A stretch of DNA of 51,088 nt from a virus (Duplodnaviria; Caudoviricetes). The position numbers and the translations under genes were made by a program. The DNA lies in IMG/VR virus record IMGVR_UViG_3300042196_000046, positions 1 through 51,088 of that record. One strand, written 5' to 3'. Positions 1 through 8,376 of this stretch are shown here, one piece after another; within the stretch, counting starts at the first letter, position 1, and each line of letters begins with the position of its first letter. The notes beneath the pieces were generated by a model, which did not search any database, was not told where the DNA came from, and worked only from the letters and a program-made list of their open reading frames with translations.

Positions 1-175
1 GGAGGAGGCGATCGCCGAGGGCATGCCCAGCATGATCGCCATGAACTCCATGGCTGGCGGCGCGAGCGGCCCCGCTCCTGGCTCGCCCGGCCAGGGCGAA
101 GGCCCCGACAGCGACCCCAACGCCCAAAGCGGCCAGGGCGCTCAGAACGCGCCGCGGCCCGACCGCAACGAGCCT
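1..175. repeat. Terminal direct repeat, copy 1 (circular assembly overlap)
   Basis: Matches 50914-51088 except position 128 (A) vs 51041 (G). It lies inside the portal CDS. Confidence 0.97.
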
Positions 176-220
176 GGGCCGCAACCGGCGTTCCCGGCGA
201 TGGGCGGAATGGTGGCGTGA
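2..220 (+). CDS. Portal protein, C-terminal tail (3' part)
   Basis: Same frame as 49052-51088 via the terminal overlap. Low-complexity P/G/Q/A tail, as often seen on podovirus portals. Confidence 0.85.
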   Translation, partial: EEAIAEGMPSMIAMNSMAGGASGPAPGSPGQGEGPDSDPNAQSGQGAQNAPRPDRNEPGPQPAFPAMGGMVA

Positions 221-573
221 GGCCGGCCTTCCGGTGGACTGAATGGCGAGGGTCGTTTGACGGGCGCCCAGCGCTCCTGATCAAGAAACTGATCCAAGTA
301 TTCGGCTGCGTGGTTCAAGTTCACAAGTTTGTTCGAGCCGACGATATAGGCTGCTTCCATACTCATCCCGCTTGGGCGGTGCGGATTATACTATGGGGAG
401 GTTACATTGAAGAAATGGGAGATGGGCGGCGAGTGATTTGGCCTCCATTTCGCCTTGGCGTAGTTCCGCCATCCCTTGAGCATAGAATTGACTACTTGCT
501 AAATGGGAAGTCTTCGTGGTCGCTTTGGCTCCGCGGGCCAAAGGTGTCGCGCATCAAAATTCGAGGCTGCTGA
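217..573 (+). CDS. Hypothetical protein, cupin-like (H-x-H-P motif)
   Basis: FHTHPAW...ILWGGYIEE...HRI pattern; GTGA overlap with the portal stop; more AT-rich than neighbours. Confidence 0.6.
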   Translation: MRPAFRWTEWRGSFDGRPALLIKKLIQVFGCVVQVHKFVRADDIGCFHTHPAWAVRIILWGGYIEEMGDGRRVIWPPFRLGVVPPSLEHRIDYLLNGKSSWSLWLRGPKVSRIKIRGC

Positions 574-649
574 AAAAATTTGTCGAGCCTGTAGATAGTA
601 CGGTAGTCTGTCCTCTGCGACAGTTTCAACAACGCATTGGGGCGCTATC

Positions 650-1636
650 GTGGCATCGCCTACCACGGACCCGAAGCCGGGTGAAGACGGCTACCTCGCC
701 AAAGTGGGCAAGGAAGTCACGGACGCAAACGCAGCGATCTCGTCCGACGCTGATGGTGGCGAACAGCCGAAGTCCATGCTCGAGGCGGTCCAAGCGGCCC
801 TCGCGAGCGATGAGACCAAGGACGGGGAGTCGCCGACCCCAGAGGATGCCGGGCAGGCAGACGACGCCGACGCGCCCACGGAAGCGGACGCCGATCCCGT
901 TGAAGGGGCGGACGAAGCGGCCGAGGGCGCAGAGGATGGCGAGGAACCGCCTTTCCACAAGCATCCGCGCTGGCAGGAGCTGAAGCGCGAGCGCGACGGG
1001 CTCAAGGGCGAGGCCGAGGCGTTCCGTGGACTTCAGGGGTTCATGCAGCGGGCCAATCTGACGACCGACGATGTGAATGTCGGTTTCGACATGATGGCCG
1101 CGATCCGCAACAACCCCGAGAAGGCCGTTCCGCTCCTCGAGAACTTGCTGGCGACCCTCAAGGTGGAGACCGGGCTGGCGTTGCCGGCCGACCTCCAGGC
1201 GAAGGTCGAGAGCGGGCATATCGACGAGGACACGGCGAGGGAGTTCGCCCAGGTCCGCCGACAGGCCGCTGCCGCTGCGAATGCGAGCACGCGCGTCGAG
1301 TCGGACGGGACCGCGGCGAAGCAGGCCCGAGCGCGTGAAGCCGGCCAGGCGGTGAGCGGGTGGGAAGCGGCGAAGGCCACGTCGGACCCTGACTGGCGCG
1401 TGAAGCGCCAGCGTGTGCAGGACAAGATCGAGCTGCACTTCCACAAGCACGGCGCCCCCGCCGACGCGGTCGCCGCGGTCAAGCTGGCTCAAGACAGCTA
1501 CGACGCGGTGACCAAGGAGATGGTGGCGCTCAGGCCCAGGAAGAAGCCGATCGTGCCGGCGCAGGCGGGCGGGACGATACCCGCGACGTCCAAGCCGAAG
1601 ACCATGCTCGAAGTCGTCGAGGCGGCGTTGCGGTAG
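650..1636 (+). CDS. Capsid scaffolding protein
   Basis: Acidic disordered N-terminus, PFHKHPRWQE then a coiled coil, immediately upstream of the major capsid gene. Confidence 0.8.
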   Translation: MASPTTDPKPGEDGYLAKVGKEVTDANAAISSDADGGEQPKSMLEAVQAALASDETKDGESPTPEDAGQADDADAPTEADADPVEGADEAAEGAEDGEEPPFHKHPRWQELKRERDGLKGEAEAFRGLQGFMQRANLTTDDVNVGFDMMAAIRNNPEKAVPLLENLLATLKVETGLALPADLQAKVESGHIDEDTAREFAQVRRQAAAAANASTRVESDGTAAKQARAREAGQAVSGWEAAKATSDPDWRVKRQRVQDKIELHFHKHGAPADAVAAVKLAQDSYDAVTKEMVALRPRKKPIVPAQAGGTIPATSKPKTMLEVVEAALR

Positions 1637-1666
1637 GCCCAACCATCAGCTCAGGTCTGAACTCCC

Positions 1667-2725
1667 ATGGCTTTCACCGCCGCGCAACTCGACCACATCT
1701 TCAATTCCGCCCTCGATCTGCACCTGGAGCGTGGCCGCGTCTACGCCCAGGATCAGCAGTCCATGCCGCTCCTGCAGAAGTTCGCCAAGGGCAAGCTCAA
1801 GAGCTTTCCCGGCGGCAAGGGCGAGATCACCATCCGGGTCAAGGCCGGTCGCACCTTCGAGCTCGAGGGCTTTTCGGGTGACGATCAGGTGTCCTTCCAG
1901 AACGCCGCCAACATCAAGATGGCGAGCTACCCCTGGAAGGAAATCCACCAGGGCATGGAAATCACCGAGACCCAGCTCAAGATCGACGGCATCTCCGTGG
2001 TCGACGGCGCCAACGGCGGCGGCAAGACCGTGACCCATGACGGTCGCGAGAAGACCATGCTCGCCAACATGCTCGACGAGCAGTGGGCCGATTTCGGCTA
2101 CGATTGGGACTACAACTTCAACCTCATGCTGTGGGGCGATGGTACCAGCGATCCCTCACTGGTCCCGGGCATCACCTCGCTGATCGTGGACGATCCCACC
2201 GATGGTGTCGTGGTTGGCTCCATCGACCAGAGCGCCAACACCTGGTGGCGGAACCGCGCCAGCCTCGGCGTCGCGGCCAACCTGTCGAACGCCGACGACC
2301 AGGTGCTGGTCAAGCTGCTCAAGACCGAGACCCGCCAGCTGCGCCGGTACGGCGGCAAGCCGGACTGCTACCTCGCCGGCGCCGACTTCCTTGACCAGCT
2401 CGAGAACGAGCGCCGGGCCAAGGGCACCTATACCCAGGTCGGCTGGGCCAAGTCGGGCCGCGGCGTTGAACTCAGCTCGGATGAACCCGAGTTCGAGGGG
2501 ATCAAGTTCGAGTACGATCCGACCCTGGACGACCTCGGCTTCGCCAAGCGCTGCTATGTCATCGACAGCAAGGCGTTCGACGTGATGCCGATGGAAGGCG
2601 AGGACATGAAGGCGCGCGCGCCGGTTCGGCCGCACGATCAGTATGTCTACTTCCGCGCCGTCACCTGGACGGGCGGCCTCGTCTGCAAGCGGCGCAACTC
2701 CAGCGCCGTGTACTCGATCGCATAG
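1667..2725 (+). CDS. Major capsid protein
   Basis: 352 aa, strong codon bias, follows scaffold; GGKGEI, LWGDG...GITSLI, SIDQSANTWWRN motifs of HK97-fold podovirus capsids. Confidence 0.88.
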   Translation: MAFTAAQLDHIFNSALDLHLERGRVYAQDQQSMPLLQKFAKGKLKSFPGGKGEITIRVKAGRTFELEGFSGDDQVSFQNAANIKMASYPWKEIHQGMEITETQLKIDGISVVDGANGGGKTVTHDGREKTMLANMLDEQWADFGYDWDYNFNLMLWGDGTSDPSLVPGITSLIVDDPTDGVVVGSIDQSANTWWRNRASLGVAANLSNADDQVLVKLLKTETRQLRRYGGKPDCYLAGADFLDQLENERRAKGTYTQVGWAKSGRGVELSSDEPEFEGIKFEYDPTLDDLGFAKRCYVIDSKAFDVMPMEGEDMKARAPVRPHDQYVYFRAVTWTGGLVCKRRNSSAVYSIA

Positions 2726-2752
2726 CGACCGGCTCCCGGGAAGGAACAACCC

Positions 2753-4000
2753 ATGGCTTTCGACGTCATCGAATACACCCTGTCGGCAGCGGTCGCGACC
2801 AGCGGCACCTTCGCCGTCGCCTACCCTGCCGGCCGCAGCGCCGGTAACTACAGCGGTGGCCACAAGCACAAGCTGATGGCCATGAACGCGCAGTTCAGCG
2901 CGCCCAACGACTTCACCCTGACCTTCGGCGCGACGACCGTCACGGTCACCTACCTGCGGACGACCACGATCCCGGCGGGCTCGCGGGTGGTGCTGCAGCT
3001 CGATCGGTTCGGCACGGACAGCAAGATCCCCAACAGCGTCGTGCTGCCCGACAACATCATCAAGGCCTCGACGTTCCTGATCGACCTCGGCAGCCCGGAC
3101 ACCGCGGACCCGGACGGCATCTGCGCCTCGCAGGACTTGGACGAAGGTGATGAGGCGCTCATCAATGGCGCCTACGCCGAGGACGGCGTGGCCTACCTGG
3201 ACGTGCCGCGCAACGTCGTGGCTGATTGGACCACGACTGCGATCCTCACCATCACGGGCACCGACCAGTTCGGAGCGCCCATGGTCGAGGTTTCGGCCAG
3301 TGGCGGCGACCATACCGGCAAGAAGGCCTTCAAGACCATCACCTCGATCACGTCCAGCGAGGACATCACCAGCTGCACGGTCGGCACCGGCGACGTGCTG
3401 GGCCTGCCCACCTTCATTCCGAATGCCAGCTGGATCATGGCCGAGCTCGAGGACGGCGCGGTCCTGCCGCGGCGCCCGGGCGTCGTCTACATCACGAGCC
3501 ACGCACTCGAGGCGGCGGCCGACGCCGGCACCTCCCTGTGGGTCACCTCTCCGGTCGCCGGCAACATCCGCAAGCTGACGGTGACCAACCGAGCCGTCGT
3601 GACGACCGGCGGCGCGATCACCGTGGAGGTGAACACCACGGCGGTGGACGGCCTCAGCGTCACCCTGGTTGGCGCTGCGGCCGGCGACACCGTGAGCGAT
3701 ATGGCGACCGCCGGGCATGCGAGCACGGCGGTAGCGGTCGGCGACGAGATCGCGATCGTCCCAGCCTCGGCGATCGACGGGAGCGCCGATCTGTACTACG
3801 TCCTCGAGATCGACACCACCGCCGCCGGCATGCTCGACGGCGCGTTGGTCGCGGCCGTCACCGCCGCCGCCACCGGCACCACCGGCGACGTGCGGGGCAC
3901 CTACGACCCGACCACCGCCTGCGACGCTGCCACCGCCTTCGCGCTGCTCGCGGTCCTCCCTGACCCGGGCAACCGCGGCGTGGCGCAGTACGCCGGCTAG
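2753..4000 (+). CDS. Capsid decoration / head-associated structural protein
   Basis: Directly after MCP with AAGGA SD; T/A/G/V-rich beta protein; N-terminal domain shared with 4084 and 24331 proteins. Confidence 0.65.
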   Translation: MAFDVIEYTLSAAVATSGTFAVAYPAGRSAGNYSGGHKHKLMAMNAQFSAPNDFTLTFGATTVTVTYLRTTTIPAGSRVVLQLDRFGTDSKIPNSVVLPDNIIKASTFLIDLGSPDTADPDGICASQDLDEGDEALINGAYAEDGVAYLDVPRNVVADWTTTAILTITGTDQFGAPMVEVSASGGDHTGKKAFKTITSITSSEDITSCTVGTGDVLGLPTFIPNASWIMAELEDGAVLPRRPGVVYITSHALEAAADAGTSLWVTSPVAGNIRKLTVTNRAVVTTGGAITVEVNTTAVDGLSVTLVGAAAGDTVSDMATAGHASTAVAVGDEIAIVPASAIDGSADLYYVLEIDTTAAGMLDGALVAAVTAAATGTTGDVRGTYDPTTACDAATAFALLAVLPDPGNRGVAQYAG

Positions 4001-4021
4001 CAGTTCCCGCTCCAGGGAAGG

Positions 4022-4057
4022 CCCCGGGGAGGGTTCTTCGCCGTCCCCTCCCCGGGG
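4022..4057 (+). terminator. 12-bp GC stem-loop after decoration gene (no U-tract; attenuator or mRNA stabiliser)
   Basis: CCCCGGGGAGGG (4022-4033) pairs perfectly with CCCTCCCCGGGG (4046-4057). Confidence 0.6.
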
Positions 4058-4083
4058 TAGCTGCTTCACCAGGGAATCCGTAG

Positions 4084-5310
4084 TTGCCCTACCACGATAT
4101 CATCGACCACACCCTATCGGCCGATGTGTCTCGTGGCGAGCACTTCACGGTCCCGTTCCCGACCGGGCGCGTGCCCGAGTCGTACATCTACTACAGCCAC
4201 AAGCTGTCCCTTCGCGACAGCGGCGCGGTCCTGCCCTACACGCTAGACCCCTACGAGACCGCCGCCGACAACACTTTCTTCGTCAATCAGCATGTCGTCG
4301 CCAACAGCATCCAGGTCACCTACTACGGCGTGACCAAGTTGCGAGCTGGCGCGCGCGTGAGGCTAGAGCTGGCCCTAGCCGAGAACATCGTGCAGTGGGG
4401 GCCGCTGCCGGCCCCCGTCGCCGGCGTGGCCACGCTGGACCTGGAAGCCGCCTTCCCGCACGTGACCGAGTTCTACTGCCAGGCATCGAACGCCAGCACG
4501 ACCTCAATCAAGGTGGTCAACACCAACCGGCTCAAGAAGCGGATCATGCGCTTCTACAACGTGACCGGCAACTCGGTCACCCTGACGGATGGCAACATTG
4601 ACGCGACGATCCGGGCAGGCATTCCCAACCGCCACGAGGCGGTGATTGTCTGGAACAACGTCGACTGGACCTTCCATCGCGAGAGCATGACCCGGCAGGC
4701 TCCGGGCTCGCAGCGCATGTTCGGCGTGCCCGCCAGCGCTACCGACCTCACCGGCATCACGATGGTGAACGGTTACTGGAACTCCACCAACTTCCATTGC
4801 GGCGGGCTGGCGACCACTGGCGCCGCCGTCGGCGGGACGCTGACGCTCAACCTGACGACGGCCAACGTCTGGCGTTACACGCTGGCCTCGGCCATTACAG
4901 TCGCGATCAGCAACCCGCAGAGCGCAACCGGCTTCAACGAGTGCTGGCTGCGCACCGTCCAGGACAGCACGCCGCGCGCCATCGTCTGGCCGGCGGAAGT
5001 CGATTGGGGTTTCCGCGGCCCGCCCGTGCTCAGCCAGGGCGCCGCAGAGCACGACGTGTTCTACCTCTGGACCGAGAACGGCGGCGCGAAGTGGTACGGC
5101 GTGGTCCTGTTCCAGGACAGCTGGGCGACCGCAAGCGCCAGCTCGACTTCGATCGGCTCGCCCGTCACCTCCATCAACACGGTCGGCAAGTATCGCGGCA
5201 AGTTGGTGTGGGACACCGATAACAGCAAGTTCTTGATCGCGTCTGGGCCGGGCACCACGGACCCGTGGTATCAGCTGGCCGACGCCACCGGCGCGGTCAC
5301 TCCCGCTTAA
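4084..5310 (+). CDS. Fibre-like virion protein
   Basis: TTG start. N-terminus resembles the 2753/24331 proteins; the segment TLTLNL...VQDSTPRAIVWPA.V.W...P.LS...DVF...WYG is shared with the C-terminus of the 24331 fibre. Confidence 0.7.
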   Translation: MPYHDIIDHTLSADVSRGEHFTVPFPTGRVPESYIYYSHKLSLRDSGAVLPYTLDPYETAADNTFFVNQHVVANSIQVTYYGVTKLRAGARVRLELALAENIVQWGPLPAPVAGVATLDLEAAFPHVTEFYCQASNASTTSIKVVNTNRLKKRIMRFYNVTGNSVTLTDGNIDATIRAGIPNRHEAVIVWNNVDWTFHRESMTRQAPGSQRMFGVPASATDLTGITMVNGYWNSTNFHCGGLATTGAAVGGTLTLNLTTANVWRYTLASAITVAISNPQSATGFNECWLRTVQDSTPRAIVWPAEVDWGFRGPPVLSQGAAEHDVFYLWTENGGAKWYGVVLFQDSWATASASSTSIGSPVTSINTVGKYRGKLVWDTDNSKFLIASGPGTTDPWYQLADATGAVTPA

Positions 5311-5320
5311 CAACCAACAG

Positions 5321-5704
5321 GTGAATGCAATGCGTGTCTACGACGTGAAGGTCCGGCTCGCCTCGCAGGGCAACGGCAACATCATCCTGACCGAGGTTGC
5401 CCGCAAGGACGTCTCGGCCCCCGAGGTGCTGATCCTGCGGCGCAAGCACGGCGACGACAAGGTGCTGGTGCGGCGCGAGGGCAAGATGGACAAGCGCCCC
5501 CACGCCGCCGAGCGCGACCGCCTGACCGAGAAGTACGGCAAGGCCATGGTCGAAGCCATGTTTGGCCCGTCGCACAACAAGCTGCCGGTCGAGCTCGAGC
5601 TGCTGCCGGCCTCGGACGACCCGACCGACGAGGACGACGGCGCGCCGATCATGCCCGCCCACAGCGCGCGCGTCGCGATCGACGACGTGGGCCTGACGGC
5701 ATGA
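5321..5704 (+). CDS. Hypothetical protein
   Basis: Good codon usage, coupled to the next gene (ATGA); start could be ATG 5330. Confidence 0.7.
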   Translation: MNAMRVYDVKVRLASQGNGNIILTEVARKDVSAPEVLILRRKHGDDKVLVRREGKMDKRPHAAERDRLTEKYGKAMVEAMFGPSHNKLPVELELLPASDDPTDEDDGAPIMPAHSARVAIDDVGLTA

Positions 5705-6159
5705 TGCAGATTCATGACATCGCTCGAGTGACCCACGAGGCCAATCGGGCATGGTGCGTCGCGCTCGGCGACCTGTCGCAAGTCCCCTGGGATGAGGCGC
5801 CGGACTGGCAGCGGCAGAGCGCGCTAGACGGCGTGCAGTTCCATCTCGCAAATCCTGGCGCTGGGCCGGACAACAGCCACAACTGTTGGCTCGCTGAGAA
5901 GGAACGGGACGGGTGGGTCTATGGCGAGGTGAAGGACCCAACCGCCAAGACGCATCCCTGCATCGTGCCGTTCGAGCAGCTGCCGCCTGAGCAGCAGGCC
6001 AAGGACCGGCTGTTCTCAGCGATTGTCCGCGCCTTGGCTCCAACGCCGCCGGCGGACGACTTCGAGGACACCGCCCCTCAGCCGCGCGGGCAAGTCTATG
6101 CGCGGACGTCGACCGGCGCCGCCATGCCCGCGCAACCCATTTCGACCACGGAGAAATGA
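5701..6159 (+). CDS. RyR-domain protein
   Basis: IARVTHEANRAW...SHNCWLAEKERDGWVYGEVKD...KTHPCIVPFEQLPPEQQAKD is the ryanodine-receptor repeat signature. Confidence 0.85.
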   Translation: MMQIHDIARVTHEANRAWCVALGDLSQVPWDEAPDWQRQSALDGVQFHLANPGAGPDNSHNCWLAEKERDGWVYGEVKDPTAKTHPCIVPFEQLPPEQQAKDRLFSAIVRALAPTPPADDFEDTAPQPRGQVYARTSTGAAMPAQPISTTEK

Positions 6160-6162
6160 GCG

Positions 6163-6528
6163 ATGCGAGCAATCATTCTGGGCGTCAAGATCGAGCTGGC
6201 CACGTTCGCCCTCGTCGTCATCGTGCTGGCCGGGCTCGGCCTGGCCGGCTGCGCCAGCCCCAGCGACCCGAGCGCGCAAGCCGACGTCCGCCAGGAGCAC
6301 TTGCAGGCCTGCAACGCCTACACCAGCGCGCTCGAGCGGGTCGTGGTCTGGAAGGATCTCGGCAAGTTCAACGACAAGCAGCTGGCCGCCCTGCGCACGG
6401 CCGAGGCCGCCACGACCCCGCTGTGTATGACCGCCGAGCCCAGCGCCAGCGGCACAGCCCTGGTACATGCCGCCACGGACAGCCTCGAGGCCCTGCTGCT
6501 GCAATTCGTGATCGAGGAGAACAGCTGA
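6163..6528 (+). CDS. Putative lipoprotein (lysis-region accessory)
   Basis: Hydrophobic N-terminus ending in lipobox LAGC. Confidence 0.7.
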   Translation: MRAIILGVKIELATFALVVIVLAGLGLAGCASPSDPSAQADVRQEHLQACNAYTSALERVVVWKDLGKFNDKQLAALRTAEAATTPLCMTAEPSASGTALVHAATDSLEALLLQFVIEENS

Positions 6529-6692
6529 TGGCTACCGCAGAGATCCTTCTGGCCCTGGTGCAGCTCGGTCGCCTGGGCATGGACGTCTACGAGGACTACC
6601 AGAGCGGCGCCCTCACGGATGACGACTTGATGGCCGCGTGGAAGGCCATGCAGACCCGCCTCGGCGCCGTCTCTCAGCGCATCCAGGACTGA
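6528..6692 (+). CDS. Small hypothetical protein (54 aa)
   Basis: MATAEILLALVQLGRLGMDVYEDYQSG...; TGATG overlap with the upstream gene and GAGGAG SD. Confidence 0.65.
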   Translation: MATAEILLALVQLGRLGMDVYEDYQSGALTDDDLMAAWKAMQTRLGAVSQRIQD

Positions 6693-6697
6693 CGGCG

Positions 6698-6934
6698 ATG
6701 GACAATCAGCATCGCAAGATCGCCGGCTACCGCGAACTCGACGAGGGCGAGGTCGCCAGCATGAACCTCCTGAAGGATCTCGAGGAGCGGGTCAAGGAGG
6801 CGTTGGCGGAAGTCAACGTCTCGGATGCCTCATCGGCGCGCTGGGCAGCCATCGCACGCACCCACCTCGAGACGGGCTTCATGTTCGCGCTCAAGGCGGT
6901 GGCGCGCCCCACCAATGGGCTCGGGCGGGTCTGA
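6698..6934 (+). CDS. acb2: Anti-CBASS protein Acb2 homologue (cyclic-oligonucleotide sponge)
   Basis: MDNQHRKIAGYRELDEGEVASMNLLK...RWAAIARTHLETGFMFALKAVARP closely follows Pseudomonas phage Acb2 as I recall it (MDNQHKKIKGYRDL...[24 protein letters not shown]); Y11 and K26 are retained. Confidence 0.88.
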   Translation: MDNQHRKIAGYRELDEGEVASMNLLKDLEERVKEALAEVNVSDASSARWAAIARTHLETGFMFALKAVARPTNGLGRV

Positions 6935-7140
6935 TGGGCAGCCTGAGCGAGTTCAACACCAGCGAGGGGCGCGCCATGCTGGGCGCGGTCCTCGCCTTCC
7001 TCTCCGAGGGGCATGTCCTGCCGGAGCTTTCCATCAACCAGACGGTCGTGATTTGCGTTGCGGTCGGCGCCTACATCATTAGCCGGGGCATCGCCAAGTC
7101 GGGCTGGGTCACGCAGCAGCCGAGCGAGCCGAAGGCGTGA
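6934..7140 (+). CDS. Putative holin
   Basis: 68 aa with two hydrophobic segments, AYIISRGIAK end, immediately upstream of the endolysin. Confidence 0.7.
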   Translation: MGSLSEFNTSEGRAMLGAVLAFLSEGHVLPELSINQTVVICVAVGAYIISRGIAKSGWVTQQPSEPKA

Positions 7141-7661
7141 ACGTCGCCCGGCTCATCGACGACTTGCTGTTCCGCGAGGGCGGCTACGTCAATCACCCGA
7201 ACGACAAGGGGGGGCCGACCAATTACGGCATCACCCAGGCGACGCTGGAGCGCCACCGCGGCCACATGGTGACCGTCGCCGCTGTCCAGGATTTGTCCGA
7301 GGCCGAGGCGCGCGAGATCTACCTTGCGCGCTACTACGAGCGGCCCCGCATCAATCAGCTGCCAGAGCTGTGGCAGGCGGTCGTCTTTGATTGGGGCGTG
7401 AACAGCGGCCCGGCTACTGCCGTGCGGCACCTCCAGCAGCTCCTGGCGGAGATGGGGCTGGAGCCCGGCCCCATCGACGGCATCATTGGCCCGCGCACCA
7501 TCCGGGCCGCCCAGGAGACGATCATCGGGCCGATGCGAGAGTACCTGCAGCGCCGGCGGGAGTTCGTTGAGACGCTTGTCTGGCGCGAGCCACCGCAAGC
7601 GGTGTTCCTGGACGGCTGGCGGGCCAGGATCGACGGCCTCGAGGCCGATTTGAGGGTGTAG
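7137..7661 (+). CDS. Endolysin, glycoside hydrolase family 108 with peptidoglycan-binding domain
   Basis: REGGYVNHPNDKGGPTNYGIT, FDWGVNSG, DGIIGPRT, FLDGWRARI motifs. Confidence 0.93.
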   Translation: MNVARLIDDLLFREGGYVNHPNDKGGPTNYGITQATLERHRGHMVTVAAVQDLSEAEAREIYLARYYERPRINQLPELWQAVVFDWGVNSGPATAVRHLQQLLAEMGLEPGPIDGIIGPRTIRAAQETIIGPMREYLQRRREFVETLVWREPPQAVFLDGWRARIDGLEADLRV

Positions 7662-7664
7662 GCC

Positions 7665-8375
7665 ATGACTCGCGGCGCGACGCTACTCACCCTGATGCAG
7701 CAGCTGCGGGCCGAGGTTCGGTTCGCGGCCGACGCCGCGAGCACGGTCTCCGAGGACCACATCCTGAAACAGCTCCTGCAGCGCACGCAGGAGACGCTGT
7801 ATGACGGCTACGACTGGCCGCACCTACGCATCAAGCCAGAAATCTCCACCTTGGTTGGGGCGGCCAACCGTCTGTATTCCGTGCCGGCCGCCATTAATTT
7901 CGAGCGCGTCGAGAGCGTCGTCGCGTGGTGGAATGGCAATCCTTACCCCATGGAGCGCGGCATCGGGTGGGAGCACTACAGCGCCTATGACAGCGAGCAG
8001 GCCGATGAGCGCCTTGACCCGCCACGGCGCTGGGACGTTCGCTGGGATGAGTCGGCCACGGTCGAGAAGATCGAGCTCTGGCCGGCATCGATCACGGCCG
8101 CCATCGTGGTGCAGTTCAGCGCCATCCGCAAGCTGCGCTCGCTGACGGCGGACACGCACGTCGCCGACCTGGACGACCACCTGATCGTGCTGCACGCCGC
8201 GGCCGACATCCTGGGCGGCGAGGACACGTCGGCCGGCAAGAAGAAGCTCCGGGCCGCCGTTGCGCGCGAGTCGATCCTCAAGGGGCGGACCAAGGGCGGC
8301 TCGGAGCCCTTCATCCTGGGAGGCGGCCCAGAGCGTGCGCGCGACGACCGCTTCTTCGTGACGCGCACGAGCTGA
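7665..8375 (+). CDS. Head-tail adaptor protein
   Basis: TLLTLMQQLRAE...YDWPHL...LDDHLIVLHAAA; size and position before the nozzle gene. Confidence 0.7.
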   Translation: MTRGATLLTLMQQLRAEVRFAADAASTVSEDHILKQLLQRTQETLYDGYDWPHLRIKPEISTLVGAANRLYSVPAAINFERVESVVAWWNGNPYPMERGIGWEHYSAYDSEQADERLDPPRRWDVRWDESATVEKIELWPASITAAIVVQFSAIRKLRSLTADTHVADLDDHLIVLHAAADILGGEDTSAGKKKLRAAVARESILKGRTKGGSEPFILGGGPERARDDRFFVTRTS

Positions 8376-8376
8376 C

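Noticed and set aside
1-175. Biological direct terminal repeat (T7-like ends)
   Set aside because: The repeat lies in the middle of the portal coding sequence, so a circular assembly overlap explains it better.
2156-4069. 637-aa minus-strand ORF
   Set aside because: Shadow of the capsid and decoration genes; R/G-rich, no motifs.
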